The translations under genes were made by a program, and so were the position numbers. A stretch of DNA of 64,000 bases from Lama glama (taxonomy: Eukaryota): assembly GCA_028534125.1 (NCBI GenBank), contig CM052817.1, positions 58,406,001 through 58,470,000 of the forward strand. The letters run 5' to 3'. This document shows, piece after piece, positions 23,090-36,122 of this stretch; position 1 is the stretch's first letter; every line of letters starts with the position of its first letter. The notes under the pieces are model-generated. The model did not search any database, was not told where the DNA came from, and saw nothing but the letters and a program-made list of their open reading frames with translations.

Positions 23090-26000
23090 ATGGCAATAAA
23101 CTTGCATCTATCAATAATTACTACAAAAGTTAAAGGACTAAATGCTCCAGTAAAAAGAGAGTGGCAGATTGGATAATAAAACAAGAACCTAGAATATGCT
23201 GCCTGTAAGAGACCCACTTTATGGTGAAGGACACACAGATTGCAAGCGAGGGGATGGAAAAAGATGTTTCATGCAAGTAGAAGAGACAGAAAGCAGGGGT
23301 AATAATACTCATATCAGACAAAATAGACTTTAAAACAAAGGGCATAAAGAAAGATAAAGAAGGACACTATATAATGATCAAAGGAGCAATACAAGAAGAG
23401 GATATTACACGTGTTAACATATATGCACCCAATGTAGGAGCACTTAAATATATAAAATGAATACTAACAGACATAAAGGGAGAAATTGGTAGGAGTACAG
23501 TAATAGTCAGAGACTTTAACTCCCCATTGACATCACTGGATGATCTTCCAGACAGAAAATCAATAAGGTAATGGAGATACTAAATGACACAATAGAACAG
23601 TTGAACTTGGTTGATATTTTCAGGACATTATAACCCACCAAAAAACCAGAATATATACTCTTTTCAAGTGCATATGGGTCATTCTCTAGGAAAGATTACA
23701 TACTTAGATGCAAAAGAAGCCACAATAAATTTAAGAGGATCAAAATTATTCCAAGCATCTTTTCTGACCACAATGGCATGAAACTAGAAATCAAACACAG
23801 GAAAAAAAAAAGAGAGGGAGAAATAAACACGACTGCATGGAGACTAAACAACATGCTACTAAAAGAAAACAATGGCTCAACAATGAAATCAAAAACATTA
23901 AATAATACCTGGAGACAAATGACAATGGAAGCACAACCACACAAAATCTATGGGATGCAACAAAAGTAGTCTTAAGAAGGAAGTTCATAATGATACAGAC
24001 TTTCCTCAAAAAACAAGAATAATCTCAGATAAACAACCTAACTCACAGTCTAAAATAATCAGAAGAACAACAAACAAAACCCAAAGTCAGCAGAAGGAAA
24101 GAAAGAATAAAGATCAAGGAGGAAATAAATAAACAGAGATTAAAAAAATGGAAAAGATCAACCAAACAAAGAGCTGTTTTTTTCAGAGTAAACAAAATTG
24201 ACAAACCTCTGCCCAGGCTCACCAAGGAGAAAAGAGAGAGGACACAAACAAAATAAGAAAGGAAAATGGAGAAATTACAACCAACACCACAGAAATACAA
24301 AAAAATTATAAAATAATACTATGAACAACTATATGGCAACAAATTGGACAGAAGAAATGGACAAGTTTCTAGAAACATACAGTCCACCAAAACTGAATCA
24401 AGAAGAAATAGATCACTTGAACAGACTGATCACTTGAAGTGAAATATAATCAGTAATAAAAATCTTCCCTGTAAAGAAAAGTCCAGGACTAAATGGTTTC
24501 ACTAGGGAATTCTACCAAACATACAAAGAAGAACTTATATCAGTCCTTCTTAAAAGACCGAAGAGGAGAGAATTCTCTCAAACTCATTCTATGAAGCCAC
24601 CATCACCCTGATACGAAAACCAGAAAAAGACACCACTGAAAAAGAAAATTACAGGCCAGTATCATTGATGAAGATAGATGCAAAAATTCTCAACAAAATA
24701 TTAGCAAACAGAATCCAACAACAAATAAAAAAGATCATCCAATATGATCAAGTTGGATTCATCCCAGGGACACAAGGATGTTTCAACATATGCAAATCAA
24801 TCAATGTGATATACCACATCAACAAAGGAAAGGACAAAAATCACATCATCATCTCAATAGATGCAGAAGAAGCATTTGATAAAATTCAACACCCATTTAT
24901 GATTTAAAAAAGCCTTACTGCACAAGTGGTAGAGCTCATGCGTAGCATGCACAAGGTCCTGGGTTCAATCTCCAGTATCTCCTCTAAAAGCAAAAAAATA
25001 AATTAATGAACCTAATCACCTCCCCCCTCAAAAAAAAATTAAAAAATAAAACATAAAAAAATTTAAAAAAAAACCCACCTTACCAAAGTAGGTATAGAGG
25101 GAACACATTTCAAGAAAATAAAAGCTATTTATAACAAATCCATAGCCAACATAATGCTCAACAGCAAAAAGCTGAAAACTTTCTTGCTAAAATCTGGAGC
25201 AAGACAAGGGTGCCCACTCACACCACTTCTATTCAACATAGTATTGGGAGTCCTCACCATAGCAAACAGACAAGAAGAAGAAATAAAAGGAATCCAAATT
25301 TGAAGAGAAGAAGTAAAATTTGTCACTACAAAACATTGATTAAGGAAATTAAAGATAACTTAAAGAAATGGAAAGATATCCCATGCTCTTGGATTGGAAG
25401 AATTAATACAGTTAAAATGGCCATACTGCCCAAACCAATCTACAGATGTAATGTGATCCCTATCAAACTGCCCAGAACATTTCTCACAGAGCTAGAACAA
25501 ATAATCCTAAAATTTATATGGAATTATGAACGACCCACAATTGCCAAAGCAATACTGAAGAAAAAGAACAAAGTTGGAGGAATAACTCTCCCAGACTTCA
25601 GGCAGTACTACAGAGCTACAGTAATCAAAACAGCATGGTATTGGCATAAAAACAGACATGTGAATAAATGGATCAGAACTGAGAGACCAGAAATAAACCT
25701 ACAGACTTACAGTCAATTAAGCTTTGACAAAGGAGGCAAGAATGTACAATGGAGAAAACACAGTTTCTTCAGCAAATGGTGTTGGGAAAAGTGGACACCC
25801 ACATGTAAATTAGTGAAGTTAGAACATTCCCTCAAACCATACACAAAAATAAACTCAAAATGGCTTGAAGACTTAAATATAACACGAAACAGTATAAACC
25901 TCCTAGAAGAAAACTTAGGTAAAACATTTTCTGACATAAATCTTAGCCATGTTCTCCTAGGGCAATGGAAATAAAAGCAAAAATAAACAAATGGAACCTA

Positions 26001-26790
26001 ATTAAACTTATAAGCTTTTGCACAGCAAAGGAAACTGTAAGCAAAACAAAATGACAGCCTATATGGAATGGGAGAAGATATTTGCTAATGATGCGGCTGA
26101 CAAAGGCTTAATTTCCAGAATATATAAACAGCTCATACAACTTAATAAGAAAACAAACAACCCAATCCAAAAATGGACAGAAGACTTAAACAAGCAATTC
26201 TCCAGTGAAGACACACAAATGGCCAATAGGCACATGAAAAATGCTCAATATTGATAATTATCAGAGAAATGCAAATCAAAATTTCAATGAGGTATCACCT
26301 CACACAAGTCAAAATGGCCATTATTACAAAGTTTACAAGCGATAAATGCTGGAGAGGATGTGGAAAAAAGGGAACCCTCTTACAGTGTTGGTAGGAATGT
26401 AGTTTGGTGAAGCCATTATGGAAAACAGTATGGAGAGTCCTAAAAAACTAAAAATAGATTTACTCTATGATCTAGCAGTCCAACTTCTGGGCATATATCC
26501 AGAAGGAACTCTAATTCAAAAAGATACATGCATCCCAATGTTCATAGCAGCACTATATGCAATAGCCAAGATGTGGAAGCAACCTAAATGTCCATCAACA
26601 GAAGACTGGATAAGGAAGTTGTGGTATATTTAATACAATGGAATACTACTACTCAGCCATAAAAAATAAATAAAGACAAATAAATGTCATTTGCAGCAAC
26701 ATGGATGGACCTGGAGATTATCATTCTAAGTAAAGTAATCCAGAAGCAGAGAGAAAAATACCATATTATATCACTCATATGTGAAATTAA
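23090..26790 (+). pseudogene. Inactivated L1 ORF2 (endonuclease/reverse transcriptase) with frameshifts, stops, a SINE insertion and an internal deletion
   Basis: ATG at 23090. ORF-track pieces in different frames (23778, 24665, 25210, 26018, 26418) are collinear ORF2 segments. The CWRGC cysteine-rich motif lies near 26347. The end coordinate is approximate. Confidence 0.9.
24920..25072 (+). mobile_element. tRNA-derived camelid SINE (vic-1-like), copy 2, 5'-truncated and nested in L1 ORF2
   Basis: 'caagtggtagagctcatgcgtagcatgcacaaggtcctgggttcaatctccagtatctcc...aacctaatcacctccccc' plus an A-rich tail. It is flanked by an imperfect duplication, tttaaaaa..ccttac. Confidence 0.9.
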
Positions 26791-27245
26791 AAAAAAAAAA
26801 GACACAAATGAACTTATTTACAAAACAGAAATAGACTCATAAACATGGAAAACAAGCCCATGGTTACCACAGTGGAAAGGGAGTGGAAATGGACAAAATT
26901 GGAGTTTGAGATTTGCAGATACTAGCCACTGTATATAAAAATGGGTAAGTAACAAGTTTATACTGTGTAGCACAGGCAACTATATTCAATATCCTATAGT
27001 AACCTATAATGAAAAAGAATATGAAAAGGAATATATGTATGTATATACATGACTGAAACATTATGCTGTTCATCAGGAATTTACACAACATTGTAAACTG
27101 ACTATACTTTAACAAAAAATAAATACACATGTATTTTTGTTAGAAGAATAAATAAGACTTATTTCTATGAGGGTTTTTTTTTTTTGGCAAACCTTATAAT
27201 TAAGAGTAATTGTGCAGATGAAAGTACTTATATGTTTATAACTCA

Positions 27246-27321
27246 GAAGTCTGCTTATTTATCTTATCTAATTACATAATAATTATTACATGTAATAAGA
27301 TAAGATAAATAAGAAGACTTC
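27246..27321. repeat. Near-perfect inverted repeat (32-bp arms, 30/32 paired, 12-nt spacer)
   Basis: Left arm gaagtctgcttatttatcttatctaattacat; reverse complement of the right arm gaagtcttcttatttatcttatcttattacat. Confidence 0.95.
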
Positions 27322-29256
27322 ACCCCTTCAGTAGTTGTTTGAGCTCTCTAAAATCCTTCAAAGCAGAACTCTGAGAGTTCATACTTTTCATTTTCACACA
27401 CCATTTATTTCCCAGCTATTTGATTCTCAAACCTCTACACCTAGCAGGCACACTCCAGCCTTTCTTTAACACAGATTTGGCCTGTTTTGAAACAATTACT
27501 CCCACTTGCCATCCTAAACACCTTTTTTTTTTTAAATTTCCTTGATTCCGTATTTTCCCTCTTTCTTCTGCTCTCCCTCTGACCACTGTACCTCAGTCTA
27601 CTTTTGTACTCAGTTTCTATCCTGATAGCCTCTTCTACTGAGTCTTTAAAAGTTAGAGCTTCTCATGGTTGCCTTCTAATCCAGAGAAGGGAAAAACTTT
27701 TCTGTAAAGGGCCAAATAGTAGCTTTTGATCATCTGCTTCTTCTTGACTCCCTGCAAGTGTCTTATGTTTATCTTTGTTCCTTTTGTTTCTGCTCAGGTT
27801 AATTTAGATTAATACTCCCAGGAGTTCCTTTTCAGTGTGGGACTTTGTCCTGGAATAGAGCGTTAATTTTGAGATTTCATGCAATCCAGACTACTCCACT
27901 ACCTTATTGACTTTACCATGGTCTCCTTGTATTCACCCACAAATTTAAGCCTGTGATATTTTCTCTGTGATTAAGTTGCTGATTCTCTAGTTGGCTGACT
28001 GTGCTATACCAGAGTTCTCTATTAATGAATTGAGCTTTCAGGGCAGTGAGGAGACTGAAAACCTTACCTCTGCTTCCTCTTCACAATTATTGATACCCTG
28101 CAGATTTTGTAGCCATCATTGATTTTACTAATTGGCATATCAGAGTTCATAGTTTGTCAGTGGAATTTGTAGTAGATATCCAGAATGTTTTGCTTTTGCT
28201 ATCCTGTTTTTAATGGAGGAATTTGAGAAGATTCAAAGATGATTCCATTTCTGTGTTTTCCAAAAATCCTTCCATAGAAATCATTTGATATACTTATTTT
28301 TCAAATCAGAGAGTTTAAGTGTCCTGGGATTCTGGATTCTAGTATTTTGAGGGTATTTTTGTTTATGAATTTATCCATTGATTGATTGATTGACATTCAT
28401 TTATTATCTACTATATTCCAGGAATTTGACTAAATGTTTGTGATTCAGGAAACAGAATGTTCCAGATATCATGTAAGGCACTTTAAAAAAGAATATCCCA
28501 TTTATCCTTTAGAACAACCGAATTTCTATTTTCTGTATCAAAGCTAAACACAATTATGTTGCTAAAGGTCACAGACAGCTTCAGTACTGAGTCTTTCAAT
28601 TTATTGTAAAATTGAATGAAATACATAGTTCAAGTAATCATTTACTCTTTACAGTTGCTGCTCTCCTGGGCATTGGGGATAGGATAGTGTGCCAGCTTTT
28701 TTCACCATACTCGCTTATTCTCTATACTGAAAACTTCACTAACGAAGGGCCTCATTTTTACTTCTAGTAGGAAGTTAAGGCAATATTGGAAGGCTAAAAG
28801 GAATAAAAATAATAGCTCTTTCACACACTCACATAGACATATTAAAAATAGATGAGATAATGCTGTTTTAATGTTAGTTCTTACTTTTAGGCTATTCAGA
28901 ATAGGAATTCAAATCAGATTTCACTGCAAGGAAGAAATGTTAACTGTTCTATAAACTGTTCTATAATAGGCGTTGTTATCATGTCACTTTCTACCTTGCT
29001 GCTCATCTGAGGTGTATAATTTTCTTTATGTTTAGGCCGGATTAATTTATAGCAGTATTATCAGGCCTTTCTCTAGGCATTTCTACATCGTATGTTACTC
29101 TAAAAAATACCAATTTTGAAAGTATAGCATTTATAAAGTATCCATCATTATTTCTATAGTGTTTTTAATTATATTTAATGCCTACTGAAATATCATTTAT
29201 TTTCACACATGCCTAGATTTTTTCTTATTAAAAGTGTCTGCATTAAGTATTCTCTA

Positions 29257-29412
29257 ATACTTTCCTACTCAAAACGTCATTCAAGGGACAGTGGGATCCT
29301 GCATCACTTGGGGGCTAGAAATGGAGAATTTAGGCTCTACTGAATAGGAATCTGCTTTTAAACAGGGCCCTCAAGTTATTCTTATGCTTCTTAAATTTGG
29401 GGAAGTTCTTCT
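29257..29412. mobile_element. MER5A-like hAT-Charlie MITE
   Basis: 'gcatcacttgggggctagaaatggagaatttaggctctactgaataggaatctgcttttaaacagggccctcaagttattcttatgc'. Confidence 0.7.
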
Positions 29413-30819
29413 CTAGTGTTTTTAGACTCTTCAAGTATGGGAAGAAAATAAAGATACATAATGTTAACTACTAAATTCTAAATGATTTATTAAAGGATGA
29501 TTCTTATATAATCTACTAATACTTGAACAGACTAAATAGTTACATGAAATTTTTATTTAGCAATTTAAAAGCCCTGTGTAGTATTTTCCACCTTGTTCAG
29601 TTTTTTGGTAGAGCTTTGATAGTAGGTGTTAGAGATCATTCTGTGTAATTTTAATGGTAGCAAAGCTCTTTTGTTTTCATGAGAGTACTTTTAAAACTAT
29701 ATTGGTTAGGAATTAAGACAGAGACCTATTAAATAAGGTTGTGCAGAGCTCAACCAAGGGGGCATTGTAGTCCTGCCACACCTACATCTATACTGGCTCA
29801 TAGCTAGAATGTAAGTCACAGGGACCTCTTTTCTCTTTATACATTAATGTATGGAGCAGTACCAGGCAAGAGCAGGACATGTATAAATATCACTGAAAAT
29901 TCACCTTCTATGCATGTGAAGTTTCACAGATAACATTATAAGATAGGAAGATAGGACACATTTTCAAAAATCAATCAATGGGAAAAATACTTTGAGTGAC
30001 ATATTTAATATTCAGACACCTTGCTTTCACTTGAGAAAAGTTATTTTTCTTAAAGAGTCCTATTAGGTGGCATTAATCAGATTTTTGCAGATGAAGAGAT
30101 AAAGTAAGATGTCTTGACTATAAAAAGTCTTGATTATAATGTAATATAAGGCATATAATATAATATAATATATAATGTGAATTTTTATATATATATATAT
30201 ATATATTTTTTTTTTACTAACATTTCATTTTTTTAGAAATGCTTTAGATTCCCTCTTCATAGTGGTAAGGGTTTGATAATTAGGATGTCTGTGCATATTT
30301 GCAACTCAGCTGGCAGGATTAAATGTATTTTATGTAAATGAGAAAACCATACTTAATGGCTTATGCCATCTTCATGGCTTGGCCTTCATTATCATCATAC
30401 TCTGGAGGCAACCAGGGACGTATGTGTGGCAGTTGTGACTTCAATGTGTGTCTCCAGTCTCTAGCTTGACCTTGATTAATCTAGAATGAGGAGAAAGCTG
30501 TGACTTAATTGAAAGTATACTGACCCGATAATTGAAGATATAGGTTTAATTAAACTGATAATTGAAGATCTGGACTAATTCCCAGTTCTGCTACTGATGC
30601 TGCTTTGACTTGAGTCTTCTTATTTAATCTCTCTCACCACTGTTTTCTTTTCTATAGAATCAGAAGACTGCTAGCTACCTTATATGGCTGTTATACTCAT
30701 TACATTGTGTTAACTTCATTCGTCGTGTATTGTTTGAGGAGGGCTGATGAGAGCAGAATTCCCCAAGTTCCTGTTGTTGACAACTGATTTTCTCTACTCT
30801 TGATATTTGTTGAGTTTTC

Positions 30820-32085
30820 TTGTTTGTTGTTTTGCTTTGTATAATAGTTTTGAAAAGTCTGGTGTTACTCTAATTATTTTGCCTTTGTAAATTATTTGCC
30901 ACTTTCTTTGGATGCTTTAAGGATTTATCTTTGTTTTTGGAATTATTCTGGGTCAGTTTTCCCAGGTGAGCCCTTCTAATGTGTAGATTCAGGTTTTTTC
31001 TTTCTCTAGAAAGTTTTCTTAGTTTATAGTTTTAATTATTGTTTCTGTTCCCTGGGCATCTTGTAATTTATTCTGCATTCTTGAGATAACTTTGTCTTTT
31101 TCTTCTGTTTCTTTCCTGAGATCAATCAACTTTTTTTTGTTGTTGTTTCATTTATCCATTTCTTTTTCCACTTTGTTTTTAGATTTTGAATTTCTGATTT
31201 AAGGTGCTTTCTTATATCATCAGATTCCTGTTCGAATACATTTAATTCTACATTGTATATGAACAGTTTTCTTCCGCTTTGTAGTTGCTTTGTGTAAAGA
31301 AATTATCTTCAGTTGATATGTGCGGAATTTTTTTTTCTTAATTTTCTTCAATAACTCTGTAAGGACTTCACTTTCCTCTTCTTCATCTTTATCCTATGGG
31401 GGTTTTATCTAATATTCCTAACTTAATAATTCCCTCTTTTCTCAGTATAACAAGTCCAGATGCTATATAGGACTTTGTTTTAGTGGGAGGAAGGTTTGTG
31501 AATTCTCCAATTTCATGGTTCACTTTTGTCTGGCAGGACCTCAGTTTTCTCTGTTTCTCTTTCCTTCATTATTGAATTACCAAAAGGTGTTTTTTGTCTT
31601 TTTTCTTTCCCATAAATTATGCTTTTCAAAGAGCTCCCCTTTAAATTGTTTCTATCTCTTTAATCATGTCTTTTAAATTATACCTGTTCCTTTAAAAGGC
31701 ATCTGACCTTTTAAATTGTGCTTTGGTATCCCTTCCCTGTAGTCCCTGCTCTGATCTGCACAGACATTTTCACATTATTTTCATACATAGGGTGGATTTT
31801 ATCTCTCAAGTGATTGCTGCAAATCACTGTTTGTCTTCCCCACTTTTTCTCAGCCTACATTTGCTTGCTTATGAGTAGGAATGCAGCTGCAGCATGAGGG
31901 ATGCTCTTGCAGTTTTGCCATTTTCTATTTCCAAGTTATGCTGAAAGAATTTGTGCAGAATTTAATTTCTCTTCTGATTCTTTTTTATGTAGAATTGAAT
32001 TTTTTTTCATTTTTCCTTATTTGCGGGAGATATCATGGGGGTTAAGTGCCTGTTTTGTCACCATAGTCCTCAGCTACCATGGAAG
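30820..32085 (-). mobile_element. Very old L1/HAL1-type fragment (ORF1 / 5' side)
   Basis: Long T-rich tract with decayed antisense ORF1-like phrases ('ttttgcctttgtaaattatttg', 'gagcccttctaatgtgtagattcagg'). Confidence 0.45.
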
Positions 32086-33704
32086 TCTTCTAAAAAGTTT
32101 TCAAAGTCTTGTATAACTAGAGTTACATTGTTTTACTACTTGATGGCTTTGATTTGCCTTTGCTCAGATTTGTTTCCTTCATAAACTTTAGCTTGAGGGC
32201 ATCATGTATTGTTTTGCAACATGATATACTGTATTTTGTAACAGCCTGGTCATTGGCTCATTTTAAATCATGTTTTAGCCTGCTTATGAGACAAAATTCA
32301 TTCACTGATGGATTATTCACTTGTTCTCTAATTGAAATATTTGCAATATCTATCTTATAAAATCTCTGGAGTGTTTTGGTAGAATAGCTTATTTTTCTTC
32401 AGAAATAATGAAATAATATCATAATAATTATAGTGTGAGGACCTTGTGGAATGAGTCATTCAGATACAAAATATTTTTAATTTTTTAACTTTAATTTTTG
32501 CATGATGTCAATGACTTTGTCTTCTGATATTTTTGTAAATGTTGATGAAATGAAAAAAAATTTTCTTTACACATAGTTGCTAAATAAGTTTTTAGTTGTA
32601 TGGATATTTCTGTCAATGACAAAACCCAGGAAAGAACCAACAACACTGCATAATCAGTAATTACTTTTAAAAAACTTAATATTGTATATCTAAACAGTTT
32701 CAGAAAAGCATAAACTTTGGTCATGCTATTTGGATAGTGATACTTGGTAGGTTTTTTAGAAATTCTTTAAAATTAAATAATTTAAATTATTAGGAAGCCA
32801 AACCTGCTAAGTAATGCAAACTTTGATTTAATATGCATTGCTAACTACACAGATAGTTTAACTAGATGAAATTTTAGTTCTCCGAAATTTTATAAATACT
32901 TAAAAGATTCACAAGTTAATTATTATAAAAGGAAAAGTTGAAGAATAAGTTAAAGAGTAAGTTATATCTTACATAATATTTATAGGAATGTGAGATTAAG
33001 TAATTAGAAGAAAAATACTGTGTTTTTTGCAGGGACTGATGAATGGCTAAAAGAATTGAAATAGATTTGAAATTTTATTTGAATCAAAACCTCAGAAATA
33101 TTCGATTATATTTAGATGCTGAAGCAGTGTTTCAATTAGTTTATCCAATACCATTATTTAACTTTGGTTCAGTGTGAATCATCCTTGGAATGTATGATCT
33201 TAATAAAACATACACATGTTGGATACATAAAGGTATTCAAAATGTCAGATTCTTTCTTCCATCCCAAAATCCTTTCTCATCTTCATTTTCACCATCCTAG
33301 TCCCATCACCTCTTCTCGTGAAGAGTGTCCCTTCTTGAGTAGCAAGATCCACTCTTGCCTAGGTCCCACACTGCAGCCAGGGTGATTTTTATGGCATGAA
33401 ATGCGGCATGCAATATGGTCATACTGTGGCTTTCTCATCCCCAACCCTCCCCCATACATTTAAGGCACATCAGTGTCCTCTCATTGCTCACTCCGTGGAG
33501 ATCAAAACCTTCACCTCTCTTGCCAGGCTACCTGTGAGCTTTCTTCTCCCTTTCACTTGAGGCAGATTTTGTAGCATTCCTTCTCTCATAATATGTGCTG
33601 CAGTCACATCAGTGTTCTTTAGTTTCCGCAAATGTCCCTGCACCTTCTGGCCACAAGGCCCTTGCACACCACGTTTTTGTTGCTTGGGAGAACCCATCCT
33701 GTCT

Positions 33705-33723
33705 TGTGTGTGTGTGTGTGTGT

Positions 33724-33759
<36 letters not shown>
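33705..33759. repeat. (TG)n microsatellite with one TC interruption
   Basis: Read directly from the sequence. Confidence 0.97.
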
Positions 33760-33761
<2 letters not shown>

Positions 33762-33833
33762 TGGGGGACTCTTGACTTCTCTTCACTCAAATTTCTAAAT
33801 GTTTATTATTTACTGTCTGCCTCCTCAGGATGC

Positions 33834-34328
33834 CAGAGGTTCTGTACTAGTGGGCTCACGAATCAAATCAGACCCTCTGTCAACTCAGTTTGGTAAAAAA
33901 GAAAATGCATCCATATTTTCATTAACCTTTAACTGAATCTTATAATTTCTTTTAAGTATAAATTTAAATTACAATCTATAGCAGTATTCACAGTGCCTCT
34001 GTCTTTGTCACAAATGTGTATAACTTGTACTTTTATGTCACACTAGACTTGTGGAAGATATTCCAAAATGTTGGTTAAGCTCATCATTACATTCAATTAT
34101 AGCAACTAATAGATTTGCTACTAGATCTTATTATTTAACTTGTTAATTAAGAAACATATTAGTATATCACACATTTGTTTTAAATATTTAGATGCTATTT
34201 TGCAATATAATGGTTTTATTTTATGCATCTAGGTATTTTACTTTGCATTTTAAAAAACCTAATTCTAAAAAGGGGCCACACAAAACTAAAAAAGGGGTGC
34301 AGGGCACAAAAATGTTTAAGAACCCCTT
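33834..34328 (+). mobile_element. Charlie4a-like hAT DNA transposon (~495 bp)
   Basis: Ends CAGAGGTTCT...TTAAGAACCCCT. Interior 'attttcattaacctttaactgaa', 'ctagatcttattatttaa' and 'aaaggggtgcagggcacaaaaatgtttaagaacccc' match the recalled Charlie4a consensus. Confidence 0.8.
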
Positions 34329-35894
34329 CCCTAGAATATAACCCTCAGGAAGGCAGAGGCTCACTGATTTAGCCTAAATGCCCAGAACATTCTCTGGAAC
34401 ATAGTAGGCTCTCAACACACATGTGCTAACTGAAGTTATGGCGATTCAACTTAGATTCCTATGGCAACGTCTGTGACTTCTTGACATAGTCATATACCCC
34501 ATCATGAGCTCTCATAGAACAAGGCGCTGCTCATCTTTAGCTTCTGTTGCAATTTCTCTTTACATTTTTTTAAACTATAATTCAGTTGTCATCTTTACTA
34601 GAATAAATACTCTAAGTGAGTAGGGACCAGTGCTCCACTGCATGTGTTTCCTTCACTCCACATAGAGCCGAGCAAATAAATTTTTGTGGAATGAACTATA
34701 TTTTAGACTGAGATACAAAATAAGTAAGACCTACTTTCTGTCCCAAAGTTCTGTGGAAACTATGAGAGCTGTAACATAATTGTAATGACAAAGAGCAATA
34801 ACCCCAACAAACAATCATTCAACTAACCAGCCAAATAAATAAAACCCACAAGAAGGTAAGAATCAAAGTTATAGGAATCAAAGTTAAGGGTGTAGAAGTC
34901 AATGTGTGGTTTACTTAAGAAGGGGTAATTTACCTGTATTTTGAAGAAGAGATAGGATTTCCAAGTCATGTATAGATAGATCCTTATATTCTAGGGAAAG
35001 GGAAGAACAGCAGAAGCATGGAAATGGGAGGAAGCAGGGCAATTTCAGACACTGACCATGGGTTATGTACAAGGATAGAGTGAATTACTTGATGCAGGTG
35101 GATTTTGGCGAGGTTCAGAATAAACCTGGATGCTAAGAAAAGGTTTTGGACTTAGCTGATTCAGTACCGCTCTACTGATAATTTTTGGAAAGTAAAATAT
35201 TCAAAGCTAAACATTGGGAAGATCCAACTTAATGTAGAAAATTAATATTGTGAAATACATTTTCTTGATAAGTATAAAATGTGTTTTACAGATTCACAAG
35301 ATTTTCTAAATGAAACAACTTTTTTTTTATATTTATCTACTTTTATAAAGCCTTTTTTTTTTAACTTCTGAGAGGAAATGTCTCTGTTGTTGCTCATATG
35401 GAGTGGATAATGGGGTTAAAGCTAACTTACCCCCAAAGGAAGGTCAACATGCCTGTTCCAAAGCATTATTTCAAAGGCCATAATACACAACAGCAGAGCC
35501 CATGCTTGCGAATTATTTCATTTCTATGCAGTTAAAATCTTACTGATATGAGACAAAATTCCCATGGTGAAAAAAACAAAGAAAGCCAGTTCTGCAGGCT
35601 TTAATTAGGCTATTAGTTTTCATTCACTCTTGTTGTGGGAATGCACTTACCATATTGCAGTCCCTCAAAACTACAGATATCAAGAACATTCCAATATTCC
35701 TTAAAATCCTTTGAAAAGTGATGAATAAACAAGAATTTCATGTGACAATAGAATTATAATAACATCAGTATTTTCTCATTCCAAGTATTACTGTTCAGGT
35801 ATAACCCTCTTTATTCCATGCCAAAAATATTTTTAAGTGGTGTATTTTTATTTATTACTATATTAAGATGTATGTGTAGATGAGGTTACAGGAC

Positions 35895-36122
35895 AGATAG
35901 CAGCATTTAGAAGCTTTCAGAGTTTATGGGGTTTCAGACAGACCTGGGTCCCTGCACCTACTCTGAACTTCAGGCAAACTGTGTAACTATCACAAGTCTT
36001 AGTTTCCATAATATAAAATAGAAACAACAATAATTGGGATTACTGTAAGAATTACTTGACATAATGCATCCATAACCCAGTGGCTGACATTGTAGGGTAG
36101 TAATCAATAAACGTTTGTTGTT
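35895..36122 (+). mobile_element. MIR SINE
   Basis: 'ttcagacagacctgggtccc...aacttcaggcaaactgtgtaactatcacaagtcttagtttccataatataaaatag...tcaataaacgtttgttg'. Confidence 0.7.

Larger units (their letters stand above)
22745..27122 (+). mobile_element. 5'-truncated LINE-1 (inter-ORF region, disrupted ORF2, 3' UTR)
   Basis: Translated fragments match L1 ORF2: MAINLHLSIITTKVKGLNAPVKR (endonuclease N-terminus), [16 protein letters not shown]...DQVGFIPG...[17 protein letters not shown] (RT), [13 protein letters not shown]...[19 protein letters not shown]. The L1 3' UTR and an A-rich end follow. Confidence 0.97.
33250..34435 (+). mobile_element. L2 3' portion interrupted by (TG)n and Charlie4a
   Basis: 'cccacactgcagccagggtgattttt', 'ttctggccacaaggcccttgcacac', and the end 'cccagaacattctctggaacatagtaggctctcaacacacatgtgctaactga'. 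Confidence 0.7.

Noticed and set aside
25210..25974. 254-aa ORF as a host gene
   Set aside because: It is an L1 ORF2 fragment whose N-terminus is out of frame, within a disrupted element.
29036..29089. 54-nt frame-preserving exon-like segment (AGLIYSSIIRPFSRHFYI)
   Set aside because: The splice-like ends are only moderate and the peptide is unrecognised; indistinguishable from a pseudo-exon.
34454..34468. RFX X-box-like motifs (also ~37463 and ~10351)
   Set aside because: Only half-site or mismatched matches, at a level expected by chance.
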